A stretch of 56,501 nt of DNA, the filler included, from Sluysia triapertura (taxonomy: Eukaryota): NCBI GenBank assembly GCA_046118255.1. It is 4 parts of 4 records of this genome, joined end to end, with 100 filler letters (N's around TTAATTAATTAA, not from the genome) between each part and the next. Parts side by side here need not be neighbours in the genome. Positions count along the whole stretch, not along the records: positions 1 to 13,782 come from JBJNIA010020404.1; positions 13,883 to 29,626 come from JBJNIA010220356.1; 2 more parts are not named here. One strand, given 5' to 3'. A program made the translations under genes and the position numbers. A model generated the notes under the pieces. The model did not search any database. It was given only the letters and a program-made list of their open reading frames with translations, and was not told the DNA's origin. Shown here piece by piece: positions 1 to 14,199 of the stretch (the first letter of the stretch is position 1; every line of letters starts with the position of its first letter).

Positions 1-1394
1 TGATTCTTATTTCAACAGTGTTTATAATACTTCATCTGCTACTTCTCATCAATTTTTCCTTCATTTATAATTCTATACGTCTTCTACTCATCTCTTAATC
101 CAAAGTTGGGCAATCCCGACAGTTATAAAAGAATATTTAATAATGATTAACTCCAAACTCAATATTTTTAAAAAGATTTTATTAGCTCTTTTAAAGTAGT
201 TGTTTAAAAATTTTTAATCAAATATTATTAGTAGTTTTTACCGCCATAAAACTTTACAAAATTAACATTAAATTAAGTTTGATGTATACATATTCATACC
301 ATCACCGATTATTTGACCAGTACATATATAAATTTACATATATAAAATTAAACATAAGATTATATTATTAAATAGTAAGAACAATACAATTTCATAGTAT
401 TTTTTTAAAGTAAAAAACGAAAAACCGTCATTTGATCTGTTGTGGTACATTTAGAGTTAACTAAAGTTTTTCTAATTTCGATTAATAAAAGCAGAAATGA
501 TGATTGATAGGTAATGACTCGATTAATAGAATAATGGAACAAAGCTTGTCTAAGATCCACCAATATTTTATAGAATAATTATAAAAATTTTTCAAAAAAA
601 TTCCACTATTAAGTTATTCAAAATGTTTCTGTCTTTTTTAGTTTGTGAACTGCAACGCGCATCAGCACTCTTTTTATAGTAGTTTGCTTGACCTTAAAGA
701 TCAAGTTTATTCGAATATTTTATAATCTAATATTTTTTTAATATTAAAGTACATTAAACATAAATTTATATATTTATTTAAATTTTAAAGTATAAAAGTT
801 ACTCATTTAAAATGTATTAATGTGTTGAATCAGAATCAATTTTAAGATGCGCTAACATTATGATAACATCGGTAACTTCTACTGTGTTTATTATTATTAT
901 AACATCTGCAACTTTAACGGTTCAATTTACTCATCGTATGTAATTTAGCATATTATGTCTCTAAATTATTAACAATAACTCAATATTCAAATTAGTCTGA
1001 AATCTCGATATATTTTTAATAATCATAAAACAAATACCAATTATTCTTTGATCATAATACATTCTTAATATATACAGAATAAATACAAGTTCTCAGTTAA
1101 AATAATGTTTTTACACAATCAATTAACAAAATACAATCTCAAAATATATGGGTGGCACATACGCATAATGTTAATGCCCTTATTTAACAAAATAAATATA
1201 AAAAAGGAGGCCAACTAAAATGTATGTTTTATATTTCAAATTTAACTTAAATTTGTTTTGATGTGTAAGTTCGTTAAATATCTTGAAGGTTATATAATAA
1301 TATGGGAATTATCAAATGTTATATAAATAATATAATTAGCAATATAATGTTTAATCCAGTTAGATTATAATTAATTTTGATAACTGTAAATCAC

Positions 1395-2614
1395 ATGTCA
1401 ATTTATTTTCGTGATTATCCGTATAATGAATGGATGAAAAATTTGCCTGAAAATCTAACAAAAATACCTTTAAATTATTTGGCAATTCCGGGTATGTTTA
1501 ATATGATTAAATGAATTATTTACTATCGTATTAGGTAGTCATGATTCTTTTACTTATTCTATAACAAAAAATTGTGATATTTCACCAGATGCAGAAAGTA
1601 TAGTTAAAAAGATTGTATCAGTATTTGGCTTTTTGGCTAAGGCAATAATATCAAGATGGTCGAAAGCCCAAAGTCTGAATACTTTTGGTCAGTTACAAGC
1701 GGGTGTGCGTTATTTTGATATAAGGTCGGCTAAAAATTCGAAAGCAAAAGAAGAAATTTATTCGTGTCATAGTTTATTTGGTAATCCTATAAAGGATGAT
1801 TTGTTACAAATAAATGATTTTTTGAGGATGTGCCCTCAAGAAGTAGTATTATTGGATTTTAATCATTTTTACGATTTCAACTTAGAGGAACACATTCGCT
1901 TAATTAGGTATATTGAGCAAGTAATGTTTAATATTTTACATCAATACTTTATTAATATTTTGTGAATTTAACGAATGTGTTTTATTTTGAAATAAATTTA
2001 TATTTTGTTTAAATCTGATGTCGCTATTTGAAAACTATTTTTATGTAATTATACTAACAGATATTTGGACCAAAGTTAATTCCTTATTCGTATAATAAAA
2101 TTCCATCATTAGAAATTTTGTGGCAAAGCAATCAAAGAGTTTTTGTATTTTACCACGACTATTCTGTAAGAAGACCATTTTTGTGGCCGGGTCGTTATAT
2201 TCCATCTCCATGGCCAAATTTAAATGAATTAGAAATGCTTCAACAGTTTTGGGATAGTAGCTATAAGTTAGTAAAAGTTTCATAAGATATATATATATAT
2301 GTAATATAATATAATATAAAATTATATTTCTATATGAATTTATTAATAGAAGAGGTCATGAGATTGACTATTTCTATGTGCTTCAAGGTGTTTTAACTCC
2401 CAGAACTAGCGATATTATTAAAAATCCATTCAAAACTTTGAAAAGTCATTTTGCTGATGAAGTTTCTCCTGCAATGGCTAAATGGATGGAAAATAAAAGT
2501 GCAGGAGAAAACAAAATTAATTGTTCTATAATTGATTTTGTGGGAAATTATAATTACGTGTCATCCGTCATGCAAGCTAATATTAATACGGTTAGTATAT
2601 TTATAAATTTATAA
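1395..2614 (+). CDS. PLCXD: PI-PLC X domain-containing protein (PLCXD family), 4 exons: 1395-1491, 1535-1920, 2061-2266, 2350-2614
   Basis: The spliced translation reads MSIYFRDYPYNEWMKNLP...LAIPG|SHDSFTY...QLQAGVRYFDIR...CHSLFG...EVVLLDFNHFY...|IFGPKL...LWP...IPSPWPN...FYVLQGVLTP...IIDFV. These are the PLCXD motifs IPGSHDS, GVRYFDIR and LDFNHFY. All three introns are GT-AG and preserve frame. AATAAA at 2638. Confidence 0.93.
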
Positions 2615-5600
2615 CATTAAAAAGTATAAATTAATTGAATAAAAAAATTCAATTTCTAAGAATAATACTAACCATTATGCAATGTAATTAAAAATATGTC
2701 TGAATGGTGACCATAATTAAAAGAGATATTTGTTTTAATTTGATAGTTTTATACATGAACTTATTTTTATATTTAATTAACTCATTGACGGACAAGGCGG
2801 CTAAGCAGTCATCTTAAAATTTGTTATGGCCATCATAGTGTTAATAACATTTTTGAATAATTAAATTCATTCTTTCGATTTTATAATTTAAATTGATCAC
2901 GTTAATGAATTTAGCTAAAATGTTATTACAGATTATATCGAAATATCTCGATTTTCAAACAAAAACATAACTATCGACGATTCGTAAAACTTTACTATAT
3001 CGATATTTCTTCAATTTTTTATTTTTGTTGTAGCGGAATATATGTTTGTCTTATCAGCAAAATTCTTGAATATTTAGTTATGTTCGAATCGAAATACCAT
3101 TATAAGTAAAGAGTTGAATAAAATCTTAGAATGAAAGAACCGTACCAAAGAATAACGGAATTAAAACTGAATTCTACCTAATTGACAAGCAATACATAAA
3201 TTGAATACATAGGAACAAAACCTATGTTAGTGTTATTTCAGTTATAAGATTACAATTATTTTGTATTTAATACACAGTCTTTATGCCTGTACATTTTAAA
3301 TCTTTTATAGCCAAATTTTCAATGTCATGCAAATTTTACATGTTGCAACATGTTGAAACAAATAGTATGGTATTAATATGCTGCTATTTAGGATGCAAAG
3401 GAAATGGAGGTCAATAAATCGCCTACACTTACATTTTTAGTAATAAATATAACTTTAGAATCGTATATAATGTTTAAATTCTATAACTGTATTAACGCAT
3501 CTTTGCGTGAAACGAGTTAACACGTTCTGCACATAGTAAAATAATAGAATAATAGTAAAATAGCCCGCATGAAATGTGTTAATTTAAAACAGATTTCAAT
3601 TATATTACTTTATGCTAAACTTATTTTGGTGATGGAATAATAAAATGGTAAGGTTTATCTAGTTATATAAAAAAATATTTCATTAAAAATTTGATTATAA
3701 TTGAATAATGTCCTAGTAAGCTTAAAATACGTTCATGTTTATTAATTATAATAATTATGATTGAAAAGTAGAATAAACAAAACAACTATAAACATATTAA
3801 ATTTTGTTGAACACAAAAGGGAGAATGAATAGCAAATATGTATAATAAATATAAAATGAAGACACAATTCACTAGAATAACTTCTTACCTTATTTAAACA
3901 TGTTGGAAATCAAGGTAAAACATTTGCTGGCCGAATAAAGAGCTAAGGGAAGATAGACAAGCACTGAATGATCAATGAAGTTAGTTCTCATGACAAATCT
4001 GAGTAAGTACGCTGAGATGAAATACGTTGAGTAGAAATCTTGATTGAAAGTTACAACAGTTGAGACTTTTTGTACGTTTGTGACTGATGTCATAAACTTT
4101 AAAAATTAGAAATGGTAAAAGTAATTTATAAATGTATTTTGTAACATTGAGATGAATACTCGTTAATATACCATTTACTAATTGTGGATCTAACATTGGT
4201 TGCATGATTAAGTTCAAAAATCAGAAAGCAGCAGTAAGGAATTCCGACACAGATTGATTGCTACAATCGTTATAAACATTCGAAACACATTTGTTACTTG
4301 TTTATTAACAAAACTTTTATTTAGGTTAAGCGATGTTTTATTTACAATTTTGATATACAAACAAATGATTCTTTATTCATTACCTAATTAAAACTTTTGC
4401 AGACAACATTATCAAAATAAAAAGACGACGCATCTTAATTTACAAGAGATTAAATCACTCTTGCTTCATGCCTGTTAACAAAAGAGAATGTATTGTTAAT
4501 TCGGCTTAAATGATAATATATTGAGATGGTTTCAGAGTTATGTTTTCGCCTAATGTTACATCTTTAACCTTATTTGAATAAGATAGGAGTAAAGTTTTAT
4601 CTATGCATGTATTATTGCACAGCAAAATATTTTTAATAGGACTTTATGATTGATATAATAACTTTTCGTGCAACGTCATGCCAACAGAACTTTAATGTGA
4701 AGATAATCTTTAATTTGTATTTAATTGATATAAATAAATCGAGAACAAATGACAGAGTTTACTTATATCAATAAAGTGCTTTAATTCTGACTTCTTTACT
4801 CTAAATCTACCATTGACGTGAGTGGATTTGACGTTAAGTAATAAATTTTTATTGTAGCGTATATATGAGAAATTTATTTGCAACATTTAACGTTGCGGAA
4901 AATTAAAATTTTTATTTCGTGAATTTGCATACTCTGAACCTGTATTTATATCTGAATTTGGTACATCAGTAACTTGATATAAACTTTTAGGCTTCATTAT
5001 TCGATATTTCACAATATTCTCTCTTCAAAACTATTTACTTGTAATTAGAATTGTAATTTTTAAATGTCTTGTTACATTTGTAGTCTTTAATGTTATTATG
5101 ACAATCATAATTTTTTTTACAACACCGCTTTCAAAATCATTTATGAAATCTACACCGTGATTTTTATGTTTATGATTAGAGGAATTTTCATTGCATGGTT
5201 TATCTCGATAATTTCTTATTTTTGCTTAAAATCGTAAGCGAAGATTTTTTGTACATTAACTTCTGCCTTTAAGCTTTTAATTTCTTTATATAATGACAAA
5301 GCTTAAGTCAATTTCTTTAATATCTTCACATTTTTCATTTTTTATTATTTTATCAGCGTAAAGAGCCAAATAAGTTAATTCAAAATAGAAAGGTCTTTTA
5401 ATATTTCACTAACGTTTAAAGGTAAGAATGAAATAAATGATAATCGAATATCTTCTAATTTAAATGTATAATATTTTTCAATGGCAGACATGGCTTTAGA
5501 TATATCAAGTAATAGCAAAGGACTGTGCGTAACACAAGGAGCCATTTTTATCATTGCTTGTTTAGCTCGTAATTCAGCCAGTTCTTTTTTCATTTGAAAC

Positions 5601-5954
5601 CTATTTTGTTGCACTTCCACAGAACTAATGCTACCTGTCATTCAATTCATTTCTAAGGCTTTTAAACGTTGCTTTAATTAAATTAAAGCTGATTTTTGAC
5701 TTTCAATTATTTGTTCGTGACGATAACCACGTTTGCTGTGGAAAGCTGATGATGATTATGATTGAATGATAGTTATTTTTAAAATTTAAATTTAAATTAT
5801 TTTTAACTTTATAAAATTTAAGATTAGCTTTTATTAAAAATTCTTTGTAAAATTTTTTAGTTCCACAATAATTATCATATCTTCTCTAAACAAAAATTCA
5901 AAATAAAAACATAAAAATTTATTTTTGAAAAAATTTAATTTTGATATTTGACTG

Positions 5955-6790
5955 CTATGTATGATACTTCTTCTCGACGTTCCACCTACTAATAAATAAA
6001 AGTAATAATAATAATGATAATGATAAGTAATAATAATAATAAATAAAAGTAACGTTGTCGTCTGTTAAATTATTGCCGCCTGAAATGTTAGAAACGCTTG
6101 CAATATTATTTAGTAAATCTGTAATTCGTAGCAAGTGTAAATCGTAAGTTGCTTGATCTTGTTGTTCAACTTCAACTCTTGAATAGAATGAGTGTATCTG
6201 CAATACACTTCACGCATTAAGCAGATATCTTTATTATCAGTAAGAGCTGGACACGTACGAGTAAATTCTCTTTTATTTAACATACAATACTCATGCTCAT
6301 TATCTCTACGTCGAGAGTCATTAAATCTATAATTATTAAGAGGACAAAAATACTCTATCATTGTTATGCTTTTTATTAATCCTAGGTTTATTTTTATCAA
6401 TGTAATAAAAATTATTATCATTAAGAAAATTAATTACAATTAGTTTATAATAATAAAGTTCGAAAACATGTTTATAATTTTTATAAATACTAAAAAAATC
6501 GACTTTGTATTGTTTAAGTTTATAACATTTATCTTCATAGCAGCTAAAGAAACCATCGTGTTCTTCATTGTTGTTGACATGATAATCGATATATTTCTTC
6601 TTCTCAGTTTGCGTAACTTCATATCCAACATTGTTATCTTTATTATCATTAGGGTTATCATTGTTAGACTAGCAATACTCAACTTCAACATTAATAACTT
6701 TGACATTGTCATCTACAAGATTGTTATTTTGTAAATCGTTATCTCTTCTAATGCCAATTTTGTTATACTGATCTTCAAAATTATATGCTC
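5955..6790 (-). pseudogene. Degenerate CCCH zinc-finger gene, copy 1 of the element-borne family
   Basis: An N/D-rich acidic frame with one internal stop is followed by CPALTDNKDICLMREVYCRYTH (6188-6253, C-x9-C-x6-C-x3-H). After a frameshift it continues HLLRITDLLNNI, matching HLFRLENLLKSI of ORF 27256. Confidence 0.7.
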
Positions 6791-6824
6791 TAAAGTTTTC
6801 AAAAATTTGTGAAATAGATTGTTC

Positions 6825-8938
6825 AATGATTGGCCATCCAACCAGAGGCGTTATAAAGGAAACAATAGTGAAACTTATTCAGATTGGATGACCAATATAA
6901 ATGCATAAAAGAGATACAGAATGGTTGATGTGTAAACCACTATCAGTGGTAACAACGATTAGAAATTAATTTTAATGATATAGCCACTGATGGTGGTAGT
7001 TACTGAATAATTTATTAGTTTAATTGAAAATAAAAATAATAAATGGTCATAATAATAACAAAATGTTATTATTATTATTAAACACATAAAGTTTTTCGTC
7101 TTTATTAAACATGATCTTTCTATATTTCTTTTTACCTTCTGAACATATGAAAATCTTAAAACTTAAAGTACACTTATTCTTTTACAATGTAAAAATGAAA
7201 TATAAAATGTTTTAAGTGAATATATGTTATAGTCTGGCTTTTAATATGTTCAAAAGGTGATTATACGATGTTGAGGTGTGATTTATTTTCTTGATATGTT
7301 TGTAAATAGTGATGTCACCATGTGTTGTTAAGACTCAAATGATGTAGATCATGAATTCAGAGTGTTTGGAAAGATTTGAAAGTGTATAATAATTAATTTC
7401 GAACGTGGTTGTGATTGAATTGTATTGAGATAAAAGACAAAATACTTTAGATGAATTTTAAATGTAATTTAATGGTTTAGAATGTTATGAGATTATGTGT
7501 TTAGTTGATTTTAACGATGAAGAGTGAATTGATGTAAAAGAGATAATTATGAGAGTGTTAAAATGTTTAAGAGTGTACAGAATAAAATTAAATAAAATTG
7601 TTTCTAAATTTTTATTCCGTAAATAATTTTTAATTTTTATTTGTAAATTTGTAAAAAGTTTATTTTCAATTTCTAATAATTAAAATCTTTTTAATTAATT
7701 CTATAAATAGAGATTTTTAATATTTTAATTTTATATTTTAATCTTATAGACATATAAAAGAATTATATTTTAATTTCATATTTTATGGACACATAAAAGA
7801 ATTTATATGATTATTTATGCAAATTTAATGATATCAAAAATAATAAAATGATTATAAAATTTTTCTTTCATCAAAATAATTATCATATATAAAGAGATCA
7901 TTTTTGTGGAAATTTAATAAGCAACATTATTAAAAGTTAATTGCAAGGAAGATCTCGTTGGAATCTTTTAGTACAAATTCGATCGTTGGATACTGATGTA
8001 AAGTTATTGATGTAAAATAATTGGTATTTTATAATCTGAAGATTATCAATTTTGGAGCTTAATCGAACGATTCATTCCTTTATCGAGAAATTAAAATTTG
8101 GACATATCGAATTGTTAGTAAATGTAAGTTGATAATTATTAAGTTTTCACATAAATAATTATTGTGTCAAAATCATACTCAAAATCTTGTAAACATATCG
8201 CCAAGTATCATACCTGGCTCAATTAAACTTTTAAAATCTGAAAAATAAATAAAGCTTAAACTCTTTATTTTTAAAGTATTATTTCATCACATTATATGTC
8301 ATTTTTTGCATATTGTTCGTATTATTATTCGATTTTATAATAAAATTTGGTGTTTTGTAATTTTTCCTTTGATTAAAGTGTAGTATAAAGAGGTGTAAAA
8401 TTAATAAGAATAGTACTAAGACTTGGAGTATAAATTTTCTTTTTTAATTAAATATATTAAGAATTTAAATAAGGCTGTTGAGTTAGTTTTGCGTCAAAGA
8501 TATCGAGTTAATAGTAATTTTAAATATACTTAGTAAAAGTTTACAGAAAGGAATAAAGTAAAAATTAATTACTGCATTGAAAAAATTCTGATTGTAAGAC
8601 ACTGAGCCTTTCGATATTGTAAGGAGCGTTAATTTATTTTCACATTTTATCTGTAGTTGCGTCCTCGGCCAGACGTAAAGCTCAATATACAGACGAACCC
8701 GTCCATTTAAAAATCATAATTGTTAGTTTTTATACAGAAAAGGCTAACAAGAGTATGGTTTTATGTTGATTTAATTTAACGTTGTTTTCTGTTGATTTTT
8801 GAATGTGAATTGTAGATTTTGGAAGAAATTGTTATATTGAGTAAAACTTATGTAAAAAGAATGTTTTGGTAAGTGTTTTATGAATATGTTATATAAATTT
8901 TTAATAAAATTTATTAAGAAAATAGGTTGGCCAGCACA
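6825..8938 (-). repeat. Terminal module 1 (left-pointing): terminus TGTGCTGGCCAACCT at 8938, interrupted at about 7600-8760
   Basis: 8760-8938 is the reverse-complement homolog of 16454-16680. 7220-7500 is the reverse-complement homolog of 16800-17095. Palindrome ACCACTATCAGTGGT at 6936-6950. ATTGGATGACCAAT at 6883-6896. Confidence 0.75.
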
Positions 8939-11204
8939 AACAGTATGAAATGAAACTTCGATATATAAAATTTGATGAAGATTTTCATTTAAAAATTGCT
9001 GTGGTTTTTATTATTATTATTAACCTAGGCGAAATAACTGCAGTACGCAATTTACGAAACAAAATAGGCGTATCTGTAACTATAAGTGAACAATTTCAAC
9101 GTGTAATTTAATTATCAATTGCCTACTCTAATTTGTAAGTTGCTTAATCTTAAATTGAAAGTCTAATCTTATGTTAATGCTTTAACAATTTGTGTTTTAA
9201 TTCGTTAATAATCTTGTGTTGTGTCTTTATACTTTTACTTTAACTTTACTAAATTATAACCCTAATTAAACAAATTCCGAATATCGATATATCTTTTAAA
9301 ATAGCACAATTATACAATGAAAATTCTTTTATAATAATACACTTCTATTACATAAATAGAACTAATAATTCCTTTAACAAAAATGCCTTCAATAAATATA
9401 ACTTTAATATTTACTTTAAAATAATAAAAATATTATTAAATCATTACCAGGGTTGACACAAATCACGCAAAGTAAATATTGACGCCCATATTAACTAAAA
9501 TATAATGAATAAAAAACAAGTTACTTATATGTTTATTTTAGTTGATTGCTAAAGAATAAGCTTCAATTTCACCGTTTTCTACAGATGAATTGAAGCAGCG
9601 TCACTAAAGCTAAAAAGGTTTCGGTTTCTTTATTATCTTTGCCTACTCCTGTCTTGTGATTTTCTGCAAAATTAAATTAAAATTTAATATAAATATTATA
9701 TTGTTATTGTATTGTAACATAATATTCAACTTTTCAATTTTAATTTTTTAATTTTTTTAATTTTCAAAATTTCAAATTAAATTTAATGTTTAATTTAAAA
9801 AATAAAATTATTTCAAAGTAAAATTAAAATCATTATCATTAAGTTTATGATGCTTTATATCAATTTAAAATGAGATCTAATAGAGTTAGTATAAATTTAA
9901 AATTTAATAACAATTTAATAATAAAATTTAATAATAATTTAGTAACTAGTTTTATATTGAAATTAAACAAATTTTCATTTTAAAATGAGATTCTATAAAG
10001 ACTATATGACATTAAATTTTAAGAACATAGAAAACTATTCTAATATGGGAGTTAAAATTATATTAAATTGAGATTGAGTAAAACTAGTATACTTGTTAAT
10101 AAAATTAATAACATTATTCTCGATCAAAATTAACTTTAACTAAAGAAATATTGAGAGAATAATGTTATATCAAAATTAAAATGATTATAATCGAGAAAAG
10201 TCATATTAAAATAAGATTGAATATAAAGTATATGTAATCGTAATTTAATAAAACATAAATATTTAGGCTGAGAGCAATATTTATCATTATTATTTACTAC
10301 TTATTATTATGCTATTATGATTATTATTATTCATTACTTAATTAACGAAATTATTTACTGTACTATTACTCTTCATTACTTACTATGTTACTTATTAACG
10401 AAATTATTTATTGTATTTGTATTATTATTTATTACTTGCAATTTTAATACTGAATGAAATTATTATTTATAAACAATGATTAAAAATTAAATAATTAAAT
10501 AATTAAATAATAGAATGTATATAAATATCACTTACAAATATTTTGCAAAACACAATTATTAGTTATTATACACAGTATTACGCAGAGTTACCGATACATA
10601 AAGTAGTAAAAGGAGAATAATGCTGAATATTTCATAGAAAATTCATCATTGATATTACGAAATTAAAAGAAGATTTGAAGATATCGATAGAATCAATTGT
10701 TAATATTTCGAAATTAAGGGCACAATTTACAGTTAAATATCTAAGTTTTAATTTCAAGATTCAAATCAAAAATAATTATAATTATTGCTGTTTAAGTAAG
10801 TGATATTTATTGTACTCCCAGCTTAAAATTATAATATTTAAAATTATCATAAACATATATTTTAATATTATTACTCCTTTTTTGTACAGAGCATTTAATT
10901 AATAAATTTTTGTATTTAAATTTTTTTGTTCTGAGAGTAGTGCCCCAAAGAAAGAAAGTAACATAAAATCATAATCAAAGAATACTAGTTTTGACTAAAA
11001 TTAAAATTAACAATCTTTGTAAAATAAATTGAATTCATCCTAAAATAAAATAAAAACTTACTTTTGCGTTTCCATTCCAGGTTATCGGAATGAGTATCCG
11101 AGTTCAGGTGAAATAAATTTAAAGCATAAAAACTATAAAACGACGCTAAATAGTTGATACGATAAAAAAATCGTTAAGAGACTTTAAGCTATGGGTGTCA
11201 GAAG

Positions 11205-12709
11205 TTATTTATATGTTTTATTGTTATTTGAATAATATTTTGTGATTAATAATGATTTTGAGGGCGTTATATTGGAAGAGGTCACAGGATGGCGTTTATG
11301 TTTGAAATATGAAAATTTATATTGAATTTTATTGATCATTTGAACTTTAAATTTATAAGCTGTAAAAGTAAGACTAATAAAGTCATAATTGTTTTTTAAT
11401 TGAATTGATTTAATTTTAAAAGAAAAAGAATTCATAGCTGGTTATCATATTAGACCTTAATTCTAGATTAATAGTTTTAAAATATCTTTGACTATCAGTT
11501 TTGCAAATTTTAGATTCATAATGGTTAATATTTAAGTTATAATTTAAAACATTAAAATTTAGTCTCGAAAAACAACAATATTTACTATTTATTAACATAT
11601 TAAACGATGTAACTATATTAAGTATAAATTTTGATTTCAATAATTGTTTTCGATAGTCTCCGTCGTTCTGGATCTTGGCTTGTTTAAATTCTGAAATTAT
11701 AAAGTCATTATTGAAATAGTATATATATAAATGATAAATTATAAGATCAAGAAGTTGTGAATTAAAATTATTAACCGTGAATTTTTGGCGGCTACCACGT
11801 CCACGTATAGACAAATAAAACAAATTAATCAAACGATATCTTTCTGCGCTAGTAGGAAGTCCCATCATATTCTTGTTAAATGTAATAAAGCTTTGCATGC
11901 CAAGTTGTGCTCTCATCATTTCCGCAACATCTAAGAACCTGACGTCTAATACGTTGTCTTCTCTTATGACAGAACGTCTTGAAATCGTTTCGTGGTTATT
12001 CAATAATATGGCCTGAAAATGAAGGTGTTCATTTATATCAGATCGCATAACCAGATAGTGCTGGATTGCCACTTTTTTTATCAAATTGGTTATATTTAAA
12101 TATTTCAAAATTTATCATCTTTATATCATCATTATTTAAAATAATAAAAACAGAAAAACTAAATTCATCTTTAATTGATTGTAACACATAATGGATTCTT
12201 AAAAATTTCATCATTATATCATTGATATTTAAAGATACTAAGCTAAATATAGAGTTCTCATACGTATGAAGAAATAACAATAAATGTAGTTGTACTAACT
12301 TTTCTTTTTCTGAATCAGTCGACTGATTAGGATTATCAGAAATAGAGTCATGATGGATACATATAACACTGCGTATATTGGTCATATCCTCAAATTTAAT
12401 AATCACTTTATGTTGACTTAAACTTTTGTTATTGAATGGGTAACTTGATTTTAATTGTATATCCGATGGTAAATTTGGAGCATTTATCTTCAATGAGTTA
12501 TCTACAATAAACCGGTTGGAAACATATACCCAATTTTCTTTTACGTTGGAAACTATCAAATGCTTAACATGTTGTAAATGAGCGTCAGTTTTAGACGTAC
12601 TAAATTTATTTCCACTATACGAATTCAAATTACCATAAGCTGCTACGGAATTGTTTCGAACAACATCACTAAAGTAATTCATATTTGATACAGATTGAAA
12701 AAACTTCAA
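11205..12709 (-). pseudogene. Frameshifted lineage-specific ORF 'X' (three overlapping ORF pieces), function unknown
   Basis: Consecutive minus-strand ORFs 12709-12038, 12108-11416 and 11435-11205 lie directly downstream of module 2. They share peptides with 22480-23290 (YFKTxxLxL, NRFI/NQRFI) and 18967-19251 (K[YF]CxFxxLxF). Confidence 0.6.
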
Positions 12710-12904
12710 AAGATCGAGCTATGCCAAGTTTTGTTTTGGTTTATTTTATTTTTTATTGCAGCTAAATTGATCTCGAATTTACCACTATGATTTTTGTTAA
12801 AAGTTTTATTAATACTTAAAATTAAATTGTGATAAAGTTGCCAAAACTCATTTTAATTGTTAAAAATTTTCTGTCTGCTGCAATTGTGTGCAGATCAATA
12901 GAAA

Positions 12905-13782
12905 TTAGTTATTGGATTGAGCAAATGTGCGTGTACTATTTTTAGTACAATATAGTCTGCCTTGCTATTGTCTAGAATGCCCAATCAGAGTATATTTACT
13001 ATAATGACGGCAATCTGGACTCTGATTGGGTAATCACATAATTCGTAAACTTTTGGATTATACACCATCATCAGTAGTGATTTGTAATTTACGTAATTAA
13101 ATGAGGTGTCACAACTGATGATGGTGACAACAAATTTTAATCTGCCTCAAGATTTGAATGAAAATAATTGAAATATTTAATTAAAATAATTAACAATAAT
13201 AATAGTAACAATAATAAAGGATAAAAATAAAGTACATAATAATAATGAATAACATATTAATGATTATAAAACAATAATAACAATATTAGAAATGATGAAT
13301 TATTGTTGTTATTATTGTTATAAGGATAATTTAATACATAAACCCTTCAAAGTCTTTCCATACATGATCTTTTCTGTTTCTGATTTAATTTTCTAACATA
13401 TGGAATGAAGAGAAAAAGAGGAACAAATGGTGTGATAAAGAGAAAGTTAATGAATTGTCTGGAGTTATCTTAGACTCTATTCAAAATGGAAATAATTAAA
13501 TTTATAAGTGAATTGAAGAATGTTGAATTAATTTATTGAACTTATAGAAGGTTTGTGCTTTAAATGAGGTTTTTGTATTAATTGTGTTGATTAAAATGCT
13601 GTTGAAAAAATTGGAGTTATTTTGACTTTAAAAGATGATTGCGAAATAATTCTATATATGCTACAATGTTTTTACAATTGATTGAGGATGATGAGTATGA
13701 TTATATGAAGTAGTTTTAAACTGTTGTTGTTGATTATAGTTTTAGGTGAGATGATCTTTGTTTCTGAAATAGTTAATAACGA
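12905..13782 (-). repeat. Terminal module 2 (left-pointing, truncated by contig end)
   Basis: Perfect 12-bp inverted repeat CCCAATCAGAGT/ACTCTGATTGGG (12980-13030). 17/18 inverted repeat at 13063-13126. Conserved ACATAAA...ACATGATCTTT...AACATATG block as at 7081-7150. G-rich arm. Confidence 0.75.
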
Positions 13783-13882
13783 NNNNNNNNNNNNNNNNNN
13801 NNNNNNNNNNNNNNNNNNNNNNNNNNTTAATTAATTAANNNNNNNNNNNNNNNNNNNNNNNNNNNNNNNNNNNNNNNNNNNN
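13783..13882. other. Artificial 100-bp contig spacer (N44-TTAATTAATTAA-N44)
   Basis: The identical spacer occurs three times, and the linker gives stops in all six frames. Confidence 0.97.
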
Positions 13883-14199
13883 AACAAATTTTAATTAAAT
13901 TAATTAACAAATGTACTTTAATGTTTTAACAAATTAAACCTTTTACAGGGTTATTTTTTTCGTATCTCTCATCATTTTACTTTGATTAAAATATTCTCTA
14001 TAGTTATCTTGCTACTTCAGTTCATCATAATGCCTCGTCTTAGTTCTTTAATAACATTCTATCAACCCTTATTCTTCACTAATCCCAACAATATACAAAA
14101 CGCGCATATAATATAGCTATGTTCTAAATCGCCTATATAATTTGATTAAGTAATGAAAATATGATGTGATAAGTTATTTTAATTTGAAAAACTCCATTA

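Noticed and set aside
6440-6734. ORF-track ORFs 6440-6712 (-) and 6468-6734 (+)
   Set aside because: These are shadow frames of the N/D-rich minus-strand frame that belongs to the CCCH pseudogene.
8600-9110. Apparent multi-exon gene with short GT-AG introns
   Set aside because: No stop-free spliced frame could be built, and 8760-8938 is the reverse-complement homolog of the non-coding module end at 16454-16680.
13827-13838. TTAATTAATTAA palindrome, also at 29671 and 44256
   Set aside because: Assembly linker embedded in Ns, not biological.
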